From contig CBDCKW010000009.1 in the NCBI GenBank assembly GCA_965218435.1, positions 3,872,001 to 3,936,000 on the forward strand: 64,000 bases of DNA. The letters run 5' to 3'. The stretch is from Truepera sp. Lineage in GTDB: Bacteria; Deinococcota; Deinococci; Deinococcales; Trueperaceae. A program made the translations under genes and the position numbers. Within the stretch, counting starts at the first letter, position 1; every line of letters starts with the position of its first letter. Shown here piece by piece: positions 9,493 through 18,884 of the stretch. The notes under the pieces are model-generated. The model did no database searches, had not been told where the DNA came from, and worked only from the letters and a program-made list of their open reading frames with translations.

Positions 9493-9841
9493 TTAATAAG
9501 TTGTGAAAACTTGCTATAGTGAGCTGCTAAGCTGTTTTAGAAAGTTGAGCCAAATCAGCAAAGTTAGGGTTGCCGTACTGTTTTTGGCAGGTTAAGTGGT
9601 GAGTCTCGTCGTTGGGAGCATGTCAAGTAAGTTGACATCAGTTCAAGGTTTGTCTCAGGGCTGGTAATTGCACCAGTGTTGCTGAAAGCCGGTTTTTAGG
9701 CTGAGGTGTGTAAGCTACCGAGCTAGAGGTGATGATTAACCGCAAAGTTGACCGGATGGCGGACAGGCCCAGAAGCGGCCAAGACCGGTAGGTGCTGCTT
9801 TAGGGCCAAGACAGGTGCTATTTTGTCAAAGACAGGGGTGC

Positions 9842-9995
9842 CAGCAGCGTTCCCTCAAGTTTAAGGCTCACGGCTATCTGCCTAAAAGCTACTTCGAGCG
9901 CGGCTTAGACGCTCTTCGCTCAGCTATCCTTACTGGTCACGCCTCAACTTATAGCAGCCTCCGAGATCGTCTCAATCTTTTGTCCCGGTAGTGAG
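9842..9995 (+). pseudogene. C-terminal remnant and right end of an IS4-family transposase
   Basis: Reads LKFKAHGYLPKSYFERGLDALR...LLSR* and ends in TTTTGTCCCGGTAGTGAG, resembling IS4-type right ends. Confidence 0.55.
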
Positions 9996-10103
9996 GTACA
10001 CCACCTTGAGCCAAAGTCGCCTTTGATAACGGCCTCTGTTAGTGACCAGTAAACCCCTTACACTGCCGAGCAACCGAGGCAGACAGCTCCTTATAAGCCT
10101 TCT

Positions 10104-10535
10104 CTACTCAGGTTGAGACAATCTAAGCACCACCGGCACATTTTCTTTTTGGCTGCCTACTTGAAATGTAAAAACGGCGTTTTGCTGCGTAGTAAAACAA
10201 AACCCGCGGGCCAGCGAACAGAGCGAAAAGGTTGCCTCGAGGGGGGCCTGATACGTTCCCGGTTTCGTTCCTGCCGGTACGCTGAGCTGCCACGTTACAG
10301 GCTGCAAGGTGGTGTAGTAAATCTCCGGTTTGTCATGCCACGGTTCGCCGCTGACTTTGGCTTTAAGAATTGCGCGGTCAAAAGGATTACTCAGTTCTAA
10401 ACGGGGTGGGTTCAGACGGCTGATCAAGATGCCCGGAGGCGTTTTGACGATGAGCTGTAGCGGCTCGAGTTCAAGTTTCTGCTGTGCGCTGCCTAAACTG
10501 CTCAGCACTAAGATCAAGACCAACGCAAGCTTCAT
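10104..10535 (-). CDS. Exported DsbD N-terminal-like (Ig-fold) protein
   Basis: Signal peptide; CSLARGFC cysteine pair near the C-terminus; overlaps the thioredoxin gene by 4 bp. Confidence 0.55.
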   Translation of the reverse strand: MKLALVLILVLSSLGSAQQKLELEPLQLIVKTPPGILISRLNPPRLELSNPFDRAILKAKVSGEPWHDKPEIYYTTLQPVTWQLSVPAGTKPGTYQAPLEATFSLCSLARGFCFTTQQNAVFTFQVGSQKENVPVVLRLSQPE

Positions 10536-11095
10536 TTAGCTAAGGCGGCCTCGATAGCACGCTCTAAGGGTTTGATGCCAGCGGGGTAGACGCTCGAGAT
10601 TTCTCCTTGCTGCACGCGTTTAACGACGCCTTGCCGGTCAACCAGGTAAAAACTCGGCCAGACACTGTTTTTGTACGCCCGCCAGGTCGCGGAATTGTTG
10701 TCTTGCATGACCGGCCAGCTGACGCCCTCACGTATGAGCGCCTCTTGAACGTTTCCCAGCGGTTTATCCGACTCGAACTCGGGGGTGTGGACACCGACAA
10801 TTTCAAATCCTTGATCCTTAAACTGCTCGTACCACCCTTGTAAGGTTGGCAGGCTGCGGGTGCAGTTGTAACACGAATAGACCCAGACATTGACCAAAAC
10901 GACTTTGCCGCGCAAATCGCCGATACTGAGCGGCTCAGAGTTGAGCCACTGCCCACCGGGGATAAACTCGGGCGCAGGTGTCCCTACTTTTTGGGCTATT
11001 CCAGGAGTAACCAGAGTAACCAACATGAAACTCACCAGCAAGGCTAAGGTGACAGCCCTTGCCCGTCCTTTGGCCCAACCGCTCGGTAACCTCAC
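10532..11095 (-). CDS. Exported thioredoxin-like redoxin (TlpA/DipZ-type)
   Basis: WLNSEPL, LRGKVVLV..W.YSCYNC and VGVHTPEF motifs. Confidence 0.9.
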   Translation of the reverse strand: MRLPSGWAKGRARAVTLALLVSFMLVTLVTPGIAQKVGTPAPEFIPGGQWLNSEPLSIGDLRGKVVLVNVWVYSCYNCTRSLPTLQGWYEQFKDQGFEIVGVHTPEFESDKPLGNVQEALIREGVSWPVMQDNNSATWRAYKNSVWPSFYLVDRQGVVKRVQQGEISSVYPAGIKPLERAIEAALAK

Positions 11096-12694
11096 CTAAA
11101 CCATCGCCTGTCGGTTGTCGAGACCGCTTGCGCCGCTCGGGTGCGGAGGCTGCTGTTCGGTAATTTGCTGGTCGCCGTTTTTGTCCGTACAGCGCACCGT
11201 AAAGGTATGCTCACCTGAACTAAAGGGCCACTCGAAACGCCACAGTACCCAGGTGAGGTCTGAGACCGGTTTGCGCAGTTCGGCCTTCTGCCAGTCGCCG
11301 CCGTCTACTTGCAATTCAACTTTTGAAACTCCCCGTGCGCCCGCGTAAGCGATCCCGCCGACGGGAATTTTTTCGTTGCTGCTAGCTGCGCCAGCGATCA
11401 TCATATTTGTCGCCACGGTGTCAATCACCGAGGTTTCTTTGACCCTCGCCTCGCGGTCCCACGACCGCACGACCCAGTAACCCGGTGCCCACGCGTCCAC
11501 CGCTTCAACCGTCTCAATCCACTTGGGCTGCTTCATGCCGTAGTGGTCGGGGATAAAGATGCGGAGCGGAAAACCGTGTTGGATCTGGAGCGGCACCCCG
11601 TCCCAGGCGTAGTTGAGGGTGATCCGTTCGTCGTTACGGACGTCGTCTAACGCGACATATTCAAAAAAGCCGTCAGCCGAGCTGATCCGCAAATGCGTCG
11701 CGTTATCTTCTAGCCCCCATTCGGGTAGCAGCTTTTGCAGCGGCACGCCCGTCCAGCGCGTCGTGCTGATCAGTTCACCGCCGACCGGGTTTGAAATACA
11801 CGACATGGTGATGAACTGATCTTTTGCGTCGTAAGCGCGGAGTTCTTGCAGGGTGTACTCTTTGGGCGTATTGACTAAACCCTCGACGCGCAGACGCCAG
11901 TCGGCCTCTTGGACCACGGGCGGTGCGAGGTTGATATCGATCCGGTAGTACTGCTCTAAAGGCGTGTATTCAGGGCGTGTCCCTTGCACGGCGGCGACCG
12001 CTGTACCCGCATTGGGTAAGGGGTTATTGGCCGACCAACGCTGGCCTGCAGGGGCTTCGGCTGCAGCCTCGCTGGTCCGGCGACCGAGCGCCGCCCCGAC
12101 ACCTGCGCCTGCGACGGTAATGAGGGCTGCCGCGCTGCCGACGCGTACGATAAATTGCCGCCGGTTAAGCGGTTCGGCAACCGCTGCCGGGGTGACGACC
12201 CGGACGGTGCGGCGCTGCAGCCACGCCAGACCCAAACCCCAGACGAGCAAGGCCAGCAGCGTCCAGAGCCCGTCTATGAGTGTCGCCCCTTGCCGTGTTG
12301 CGCTGATGGCACCCAAAATCACGCCCAGCACGAGGCCGTACCCGAGACCGGCACCCCAGCCCGAGCGCCGCCCACGGTAAACGGCAAAGTACACTGCCCC
12401 GCCGATCATCGCCAAGATAACGGTCAGCCCTACCGCCATAAGCTGTTCGGCGAGTTTGGCGTTTTCTCTGACTGAGAGTCCAAGCGTGGTGAGTAGCCCG
12501 ACCATGCTGTCAATCCCGGTCGTAATCACGCTGCCGGGCAGGGTGCGCGACACCAAATCGAATACGTCATAAGGGATAAAGGGCACGCCCACGGTAAGGT
12601 TGGCCAGATACAACAGGGCCAAAAGTGGCGCACTTAAAAGCAGGGCGAGGGACACGCCGCCGACAAGAGCGAGCCAGACATTAGGTTTTTTCAT
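11096..12694 (-). CDS. Membrane-anchored molybdopterin oxidoreductase (sulfite oxidase/MsrP family)
   Basis: Several TM helices, internal NRRQF twin-arginine motif, CISNPVGG Mo-ligand Cys, HGFPLR and YGMKQPKW, Ig-like dimerisation domain. Confidence 0.9.
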   Translation of the reverse strand: MKKPNVWLALVGGVSLALLLSAPLLALLYLANLTVGVPFIPYDVFDLVSRTLPGSVITTGIDSMVGLLTTLGLSVRENAKLAEQLMAVGLTVILAMIGGAVYFAVYRGRRSGWGAGLGYGLVLGVILGAISATRQGATLIDGLWTLLALLVWGLGLAWLQRRTVRVVTPAAVAEPLNRRQFIVRVGSAAALITVAGAGVGAALGRRTSEAAAEAPAGQRWSANNPLPNAGTAVAAVQGTRPEYTPLEQYYRIDINLAPPVVQEADWRLRVEGLVNTPKEYTLQELRAYDAKDQFITMSCISNPVGGELISTTRWTGVPLQKLLPEWGLEDNATHLRISSADGFFEYVALDDVRNDERITLNYAWDGVPLQIQHGFPLRIFIPDHYGMKQPKWIETVEAVDAWAPGYWVVRSWDREARVKETSVIDTVATNMMIAGAASSNEKIPVGGIAYAGARGVSKVELQVDGGDWQKAELRKPVSDLTWVLWRFEWPFSSGEHTFTVRCTDKNGDQQITEQQPPHPSGASGLDNRQAMV

Positions 12695-12837
12695 CTTTAT
12701 CTCCTTAGCTACTTTCAGTCAAATAACGGTAGACCGGGTGAAGAGGTCATCTTATATAAAGAGGTCATTTCACCTGAGGTGTTCAGTAGGGGCTGTTAGA
12801 CGAGGTAAGTACATAGATAGCTTAGTTTAGGCCAAAT

Positions 12838-12855
12838 GTATCACGAAAGTATCAC
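12838..12855 (-). promoter_or_regulatory. Putative OmpR-family direct-repeat box upstream of the Moco operon
   Basis: GTATCAC at 12838-12844 and 12849-12855 (11-bp period). Confidence 0.55.
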
Positions 12856-12950
12856 ACCTACCCTTGGGGGCGAGTGTGCGGTAGGGCAATGGTAGAGTTA
12901 CAATGACGTGGTGACAGCAGTGTAAGTTTGACCGCCTCAGCGTGTTTTAT

Positions 12951-12967
12951 TGTGACGTTCTCGTGAT
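12951..12967 (+). promoter_or_regulatory. Putative OmpR-family direct-repeat box (autoregulatory) upstream of the response regulator
   Basis: TGTGACGTTCTCGTGAT matches the reverse complement of the 12838 box (TGTGATACTTTCGTGAT). Confidence 0.55.
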
Positions 12968-12989
12968 GACTTTCTGCCACACTGAAGTA

Positions 12990-13730
12990 ATGACTGAGGC
13001 AACGAAACACGGGGCGTTCCCCCCCCATATTCTCATCGTCGAGGATGACCCTGACATCGCGCATCTTATCGCGCTGCACTTAAGCGAAATCGGCTGCGTC
13101 GCCGAAACGGTTTACGACGGTGAGAGCGGTTTCGAGCGCGCCCTTTCAGGTGACTACGACCTGATTGTTTTAGACGTGATGTTGCCCGGACTCAGCGGAA
13201 CCGAACTCTGTCAAAGGCTGCGGGTTAAAGCTAGTTCTGTATTTATCCTTATGCTCACCGCCCGCTCCGGCGAGTTTGACCGTGTGCTCGGCCTCGAGCT
13301 GGGCGCGGACGATTATCTGACCAAACCTTTTAGCTTCCGCGAACTTCAGGCTAGGGTCAAGGCTTTGCTGCGGCGCAAAACACAATTTGAAAACGTTCAA
13401 CTTCAACCGCAGGTTTTCCAAAGCGGCGACTTGACCGTAGATGTAGAGCAGCGGGTGGTCACCCTACGCGGGAGCGTCGTCGACCTCACGCTTAAAGAGT
13501 TCGACCTGCTCGTGCAGTTCGCGCGTCATCCGGGCCGGGTCTATACCCGCGCACAGCTCCTTGATCTGGTCTGGGGCTACGGTTACAGCGGGTTGGAACA
13601 TACCGTCAACTCACATATCAACCGACTGCGCGGCAAGCTCGAGCACGATCCGGCCAGCCCCAAATATATCCAAACCGTCTGGGGTGTGGGTTACAGATTT
13701 GCGACCATCTCAGCGGAGGCGGTCTCGTAG
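12990..13730 (+). CDS. OmpR/PhoB family response regulator
   Basis: ILIVEDD, LDVMLPG, GADDYLTKPF and winged-helix YIQTVWGVGYRF. Confidence 0.95.
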   Translation: MTEATKHGAFPPHILIVEDDPDIAHLIALHLSEIGCVAETVYDGESGFERALSGDYDLIVLDVMLPGLSGTELCQRLRVKASSVFILMLTARSGEFDRVLGLELGADDYLTKPFSFRELQARVKALLRRKTQFENVQLQPQVFQSGDLTVDVEQRVVTLRGSVVDLTLKEFDLLVQFARHPGRVYTRAQLLDLVWGYGYSGLEHTVNSHINRLRGKLEHDPASPKYIQTVWGVGYRFATISAEAVS

Positions 13731-13733
13731 AAG

Positions 13734-15194
13734 ATGCTCAGGACCTTACACGGCAGGCTTTCGCTGGTGCTCTTGACGCTCTTTATCCCGCTGGGCGTCC
13801 TTTATGTGGGGTCAACCGTGGCGACGAGTCAGCGTTACGCGCAGGAGGTCAGCCAGCAGGTCAACAAAGACCTGGCCGCGCGTCTCGTCCGCACCCACGA
13901 CCTGATGGTGGGGGGTGGCGCGGACGCCACGCAGCTGAGCGCAGCTGTCAATTCACTTTCGGTGACCAACCCGGATGTGGACCTGTACGTGCTGAACACC
14001 GCGGGCAAAATTTTGCTGGCGTCGCTACCTGCCGGAAAGCTCGAGCAGCAGACCGTATCGCTGGGGCCTGTAGACGCCGTAATGCACGAGTCGGTCGCGT
14101 ACCCGGTGCTGGGCGACAACCCGCGAGACCCGGGGCAGCCGAAGGTCTTTTCGGTCGCCGCTATTCCAGCGAAAGGACCACTCGAGGGCTACTTGTACAT
14201 CGTACTAGCCGATGAAGTCCAAGATTCCGTCGCTTCGATGGTTGAGAGCAGCACCATTTTAAGGCTCAGCATTTGGGTTGGACTCGCCGGGCTTACCCTG
14301 GTTTTTTTAGCAGGTATTTTGATGTTTACACTTTTTACGCGCCGCTTAAAACGTCTGGCAACGATCATGATGGATTTTGAACGAAGAAACTTCGAAGGCG
14401 CTGCCCTTAAACCTGTTCTGACTACCCGCACCAGCGACGAGGTAGGAGACCTCAACCGCGTCTTTTACGGTATGGCGGCGCGGATCGCGGAGCAAGTCAG
14501 CCGCTTAAAAGAGAGTGACCGACTCCGCCGAGAGCTCGTGGCTAACGTCTCTCACGATCTGCGGACGCCTTTAACAGCGCTACAGGGCTATCTGGAAACA
14601 CTCCAACTCGAGACCTTGAGTGGGGCGGACAAACACCGTTACTTAAGCGTCGCGCTTAAACACAGCGAGCACTTAAATACCCTGGTTACGGAGCTTTTTG
14701 AGCTCGCTAAACTCGAGGCGAACGCCGCGCCGATTCATAACGAACGTTTTCCGCTAGCTGAACTTGTACAAGACGTGGTGCAGAAGTTCGGGCTGAGCGC
14801 CGAGAAAAAGGGCGTCACCTTAGTTGCCGACACCGAGGTGCGTCCGTCGGTCTATGCAGACGTGGGTTTTCTCGAGCGGGTACTGGAAAATTTGCTCGAC
14901 AACGCCCTGCACTACACGCCCGCAGGAGGGACGGTAAGCGTCTCGTTAGGTGCCTCTGTCCAAGGTGTCAGGGTTGAGGTGACCGACACGGGTTCCGGTA
15001 TCCCGCCTGCAGAACTGCCGCACGTTTTTGAGCGGTTTTACCGGGGCTCACGTGCAGGCGGGGAAAAAGGAAGCGGCGCGGGGCTTGGGCTGACCATCAG
15101 CCAGCGGATGTTGGAGCTTCACGGTACCCGGCTCGAGGTGGAGAGTCGCGTCGGCGTCGGGACGACCTTTAGTTTTAGCTTGCCGACAGCTTGA
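13734..15194 (+). CDS. Sensor histidine kinase (2 TM, HAMP, HisKA, HATPase)
   Basis: SHDLRTPL H-box, NLLDNA, DTGSGI, FERFYR and GAGLGL. Confidence 0.95.
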   Translation: MLRTLHGRLSLVLLTLFIPLGVLYVGSTVATSQRYAQEVSQQVNKDLAARLVRTHDLMVGGGADATQLSAAVNSLSVTNPDVDLYVLNTAGKILLASLPAGKLEQQTVSLGPVDAVMHESVAYPVLGDNPRDPGQPKVFSVAAIPAKGPLEGYLYIVLADEVQDSVASMVESSTILRLSIWVGLAGLTLVFLAGILMFTLFTRRLKRLATIMMDFERRNFEGAALKPVLTTRTSDEVGDLNRVFYGMAARIAEQVSRLKESDRLRRELVANVSHDLRTPLTALQGYLETLQLETLSGADKHRYLSVALKHSEHLNTLVTELFELAKLEANAAPIHNERFPLAELVQDVVQKFGLSAEKKGVTLVADTEVRPSVYADVGFLERVLENLLDNALHYTPAGGTVSVSLGASVQGVRVEVTDTGSGIPPAELPHVFERFYRGSRAGGEKGSGAGLGLTISQRMLELHGTRLEVESRVGVGTTFSFSLPTA

Positions 15195-15261
15195 GACGAG
15201 GCTTTTGCTCGAGGGTCAGGGAGCGTAGCACCGGTACGCTGGTACCACTTAAAAAGGCGAC

Positions 15262-16521
15262 TCAGTCTATACGTTCCAAATTTTTAAGCGAAGGCTGCGA
15301 GTAAAAGATAGCCGTGACCACCAGGGTAAAAGCCGCGACGGTGATGAACATAAGACCTGTACCCCGACCCACTCCGACGCCGATAATCTGACCGAAACTC
15401 CCTGCAAGTAGACCACCCGGAAGCAGCAGCGGTTCAAAAACGCGGTCCGCCAAAGGGCCGGCCGCAAGGTAGCCGAGCGGCATCGCGGCCCCGCCGATAA
15501 ACTGCGTCAGCGCGAACACCCGACCCTGCATCTGTGGCACTACGTTCCGCTGAAAGATGACGGCGGTATAGCCGTTGGTAAAGGGCAATGCAAAGTAAGC
15601 GCCGAAGATACCTACCCCGACGAGCCAAACCAGCGGCTTGAGCCCGATCAGAACTACAAAGGGGCAAAACAAGAACATAAAGCCGAACACCCCGTTGACC
15701 GGTCGCTCAGGGCCGCGCCAAGCCGTCATGATCAAACTACCGGTGAGCAACCCAAGACCGCCCATAGACAGCAAAACGCCGAGCGTGTCCGGCCCTATGA
15801 AGCTTAAAATAAGCGGTGTCATCAGCCCTAGCGCCACCGCACCCGTCAGATTGATCAGGCCGAAATAGAACATCAGCGTGAGCAGCCCCCTCCGTTCCCG
15901 CAGATATTGAGCAGCGCTCGAGATAGCGCGCCAGGTACCCTCGCCCTCTGTTTGAATAACTTTCGGGGTAGGGATAGAGATGAAGAGTAGTGGGACAACA
16001 GCTACCAAGAAGCTCGCCATATCCATCAGCAGAACGGCTTGAAGTCCCGCCAGCACCACCAGCCACCCTCCTAAGAGCGGCGCGAGGAGCTGGGACAAGG
16101 CTTGTGACAACCCCTGCAACCCGTTCGCCCTTCCTAGCTGCTCGTCTTTAACAAGCATGGTGATGGACGCGCCCAGAGCCGGTCCTTGAAACGTACCAAA
16201 GGCCGCGCTCACGCCCGCAGCCAGGTAGATATGCGGTACCTGCAACACCCCTTGCGTAAAGAGTAAATAAACGACCAAGGTACCTATACCTGCCCCCAAA
16301 TCACCCAGCACGATAAGCTTGCGCCTGTCCCAGCGGTCGGCGACGACCCCGGCGACAGGCGAGAGCAAAACGCGGGGCAACGTCGTGGCCAGCAGAACCA
16401 AACTGAACTGCGTCGCTGAGCCCGTCCGCTCAAAAACCCACACGCCTAGTGCAAACCCTGTTAAACCCGACCCCAAGGTAGAGACGAGCTGACCGAACCA
16501 GATGGGTAAAAACGCCCTCAT
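15262..16521 (-). CDS. MFS transporter (DHA3/macrolide-efflux-like)
   Basis: GQLVSTLGS, GVVADRWDRR and MQGRVF; about 12 TM; start at ATG 16521. Confidence 0.9.
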   Translation of the reverse strand: MRAFLPIWFGQLVSTLGSGLTGFALGVWVFERTGSATQFSLVLLATTLPRVLLSPVAGVVADRWDRRKLIVLGDLGAGIGTLVVYLLFTQGVLQVPHIYLAAGVSAAFGTFQGPALGASITMLVKDEQLGRANGLQGLSQALSQLLAPLLGGWLVVLAGLQAVLLMDMASFLVAVVPLLFISIPTPKVIQTEGEGTWRAISSAAQYLRERRGLLTLMFYFGLINLTGAVALGLMTPLILSFIGPDTLGVLLSMGGLGLLTGSLIMTAWRGPERPVNGVFGFMFLFCPFVVLIGLKPLVWLVGVGIFGAYFALPFTNGYTAVIFQRNVVPQMQGRVFALTQFIGGAAMPLGYLAAGPLADRVFEPLLLPGGLLAGSFGQIIGVGVGRGTGLMFITVAAFTLVVTAIFYSQPSLKNLERID

Positions 16522-16565
16522 GACACACCTGCCTTCAAAGTCAGAATGAAGGTAGACTTGTTCAG

Positions 16566-17234
16566 ATGGAACACGAAAATCTGAACAAGGTTTGGGCTGA
16601 AGTCCACACGGCGGCGGCAGCGCGGGCACTTATCGACCCCAAGAAACGCCGTTACTTGGAGCCGTTTATAGGTCGGGAGCGCACGGCGAGTGAAGTAGCC
16701 AAAATGTTGGGTATAAAGTTGACGGCGATGCTGTACCAACTAGAACAGCTTAAAGCTCTGGGGCTGCTCCAGGTGACGCGGCAGCAGGCACGGCGGGGGC
16801 GACCTATAAAGCTCTACCGCGCCACTGCCGACAAGTTCTTCGTACCTTTTGAAGTGACCCGGGCCGAGTCGCTCACTACTTTGCTGGCAGAACTCGAGGC
16901 CGACTTTCAGCGTTACTTCGTCCAAAACTTGGCGTGGGCGGGGCTCGAGTTAGCAGAAAACTGGGGCTTCACCATCTACCGTAACGAGGAGGGCTCGGTT
17001 GTTCAGGACTTGGTTCCACGCGAAGGAGGCAGTGGAAACGCCCTACCTTTGCTACTGAGGAACAGTTCGCCTGCGCTCTGGGCGAGTTCGTCCTTTTTGA
17101 AGCTGGATTTTGGGACGGCCAAAGCGTTACAGCGAGATATCGACAAGCTGCTGAATGGCTACCGAACAAAGCAAGTACAGGGAGAACAAACTTATCTCGT
17201 AAAGTTTGGGCTGACCCCTCTTGAAGCGAAATGA
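16566..17234 (+). CDS. Winged-helix (ArsR-like) transcriptional regulator, divergent from the MFS gene
   Basis: TASEVAKMLG...LYQLEQLKALGLL...RRGRPIKLYRA. Confidence 0.8.
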   Translation: MEHENLNKVWAEVHTAAAARALIDPKKRRYLEPFIGRERTASEVAKMLGIKLTAMLYQLEQLKALGLLQVTRQQARRGRPIKLYRATADKFFVPFEVTRAESLTTLLAELEADFQRYFVQNLAWAGLELAENWGFTIYRNEEGSVVQDLVPREGGSGNALPLLLRNSSPALWASSSFLKLDFGTAKALQRDIDKLLNGYRTKQVQGEQTYLVKFGLTPLEAK

Positions 17235-17355
17235 GCAAGCTCTGTGTGGCACAGTGAATCTTTTAAGTCCAGCAAGTAGAACCTTGAAGTCTGAACTATA
17301 GCTAGCCGTTCTAAAAGCCTGATCTGCGTACTTGGCAACGTGTGCCATGGTCACG

Positions 17356-17394
17356 CGTGATAAAACCGTGACCTTTTTGCGAGGAAATTGTGAT
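17356..17394 (+). promoter_or_regulatory. Four 11-bp-phased GTGA half-sites (putative OmpR-family operator)
   Basis: GTGA at 17357, GTGA at 17368, GCGA at 17379, GTGA at 17390. Confidence 0.55.
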
Positions 17395-17542
17395 CTTTGC
17401 TCTCTATTCTTCTACCTGAAGGTATTGCAAACCCCGGAGAACCACTTCGCCCCGGTAAGCGCGCCGGTGAAGTCGTCTCGGGGTCGCCGCGTACCCTCAC
17501 GCCCGTCACGTTGTCCCGACTGACGGCCTTAAGGAGACGTTT

Positions 17543-18718
17543 ATGACCGTAAACCGTGTTTTAGCCCTTGGTACGCTGACGCTTCTGAGCTTCGGCGCTC
17601 CGGCTGCCGCGCAAGACAATGCGCCCGCGCCGCCCTCTATCGGCGCGGATATTCCCACAACTTACTTCGGCCCGATGCCTTCAGGCGCGGCGCTCGACCC
17701 ACGCGACAAGGCGCTCGTCGGCCCGGTACCGCTACTCCGGGCGGCTACCCTCGACCTCGAAGCGGGTACCATGACGTTGCCTCTATACCGTGGTCAGATG
17801 AAAGACGGCACGCCGGTATGGTATATCCTAACCGATACCACCGACAAAGCCAACGCTGACGCGCTGGGTCTCAACCACTCGGGCAAGTTGACCTACGCGG
17901 ACGTCCCCGGCGCGACCCGCGTCGCAACCCTGGGCAACGACCTCAGCTTGACCTTTGAAGCAGGTACCGTCGACTTTGCGCCCGAACGGGTCCTCTTGCC
18001 CGGTCCGGTAGAAGCGCCGTTTCCACCTTCGGTAGCCGAACCCGGGTCGGTCGGGGACGAGGCGTACAGCCCCCTCGTCCGTATTCAAAATGCAGGCAAC
18101 CACATCTATAACGCGCCCGTCCTCGCGTACGGGGTCGAGGCCAACGCGATCAACTTTTGCGACGGCAACCCAGACTACAGCTTGGTTCACGACAAGGTTC
18201 TAAAAATCTGCCCTGCCGACATGACCGTTACGTTGCAACTGGTTCCCGGCTTTTCGTTCGCGCGTCCCATTATGTACGTCAGCTTCGACGCTTCGGACCC
18301 TATGGCAGCGGTGCTTGAAAAGGCGACCTACGCGCCTGCATTAGCTAACATCAAAGTCGGTTTCGACGATGGGGCCTTTAGTGCCGTCGAACGTCTGTTC
18401 GCCACCATCAACGGTCCGACCGGCGCGGACAACCCGCAACGCCAAGGACTTAACAGTTTGCTGTTGGGGGAGGGTAACGGCCCGCTTAACCTATTCGGCG
18501 GCGTACCGACCATCGCGCTCGACTACAGCCCGCTGTGGGACATGAACCTGGGTGAGTGGACCCAAGAGGCCATTGACAACGGCTACCGCTCGCGGATGAT
18601 TGACGAGTTTCAGTATCTGGGTATGGCCGAGCAGGGCTGGATCACCGGGCCGGAGGGTAAACCGTTCGGCTCGAGCGGGATCATCATCAACTGTCCGGTT
18701 GTCTTTAGATTTCTCTAG
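17543..18718 (+). CDS. Secreted conserved hypothetical protein with internal repeat (YSPL motif twice)
   Basis: AAGGAG RBS; signal peptide AAAQ; YSPLV...NAPV and YSPLW...NCPV duplicated motifs. Confidence 0.85.
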   Translation: MTVNRVLALGTLTLLSFGAPAAAQDNAPAPPSIGADIPTTYFGPMPSGAALDPRDKALVGPVPLLRAATLDLEAGTMTLPLYRGQMKDGTPVWYILTDTTDKANADALGLNHSGKLTYADVPGATRVATLGNDLSLTFEAGTVDFAPERVLLPGPVEAPFPPSVAEPGSVGDEAYSPLVRIQNAGNHIYNAPVLAYGVEANAINFCDGNPDYSLVHDKVLKICPADMTVTLQLVPGFSFARPIMYVSFDASDPMAAVLEKATYAPALANIKVGFDDGAFSAVERLFATINGPTGADNPQRQGLNSLLLGEGNGPLNLFGGVPTIALDYSPLWDMNLGEWTQEAIDNGYRSRMIDEFQYLGMAEQGWITGPEGKPFGSSGIIINCPVVFRFL

Positions 18719-18884
18719 GTTGAAAAGGCGTTGGTAGGTGAGTGCCAGCGCCTTCATTTTTTACCTTGCCGACCCTATAGCAGGCAACACCCCGGTTTGA
18801 GCCAGTTCAAGTAAATAAAGCATAGTTCGGCACGCACATTTTGATGACAGCTGCGAGAACCTAACTCAGTAATTATAAAAACCG

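Noticed and set aside
9500..9840. Possible further IS ends (GTCAAGTAAGTTGACATCAG)
   Set aside because: It looks like IS debris, but I could not pair the ends or assign a family.
12695..12835. Moco riboswitch upstream of the molybdoenzyme
   Set aside because: No recognisable conserved Moco RNA core by eye; needs an Infernal search.
17266..17348. TGGCACA/TGTGCCA inverted repeat as an IS6-type MITE
   Set aside because: Only 7 bp of perfect IR and no second copy in the window.
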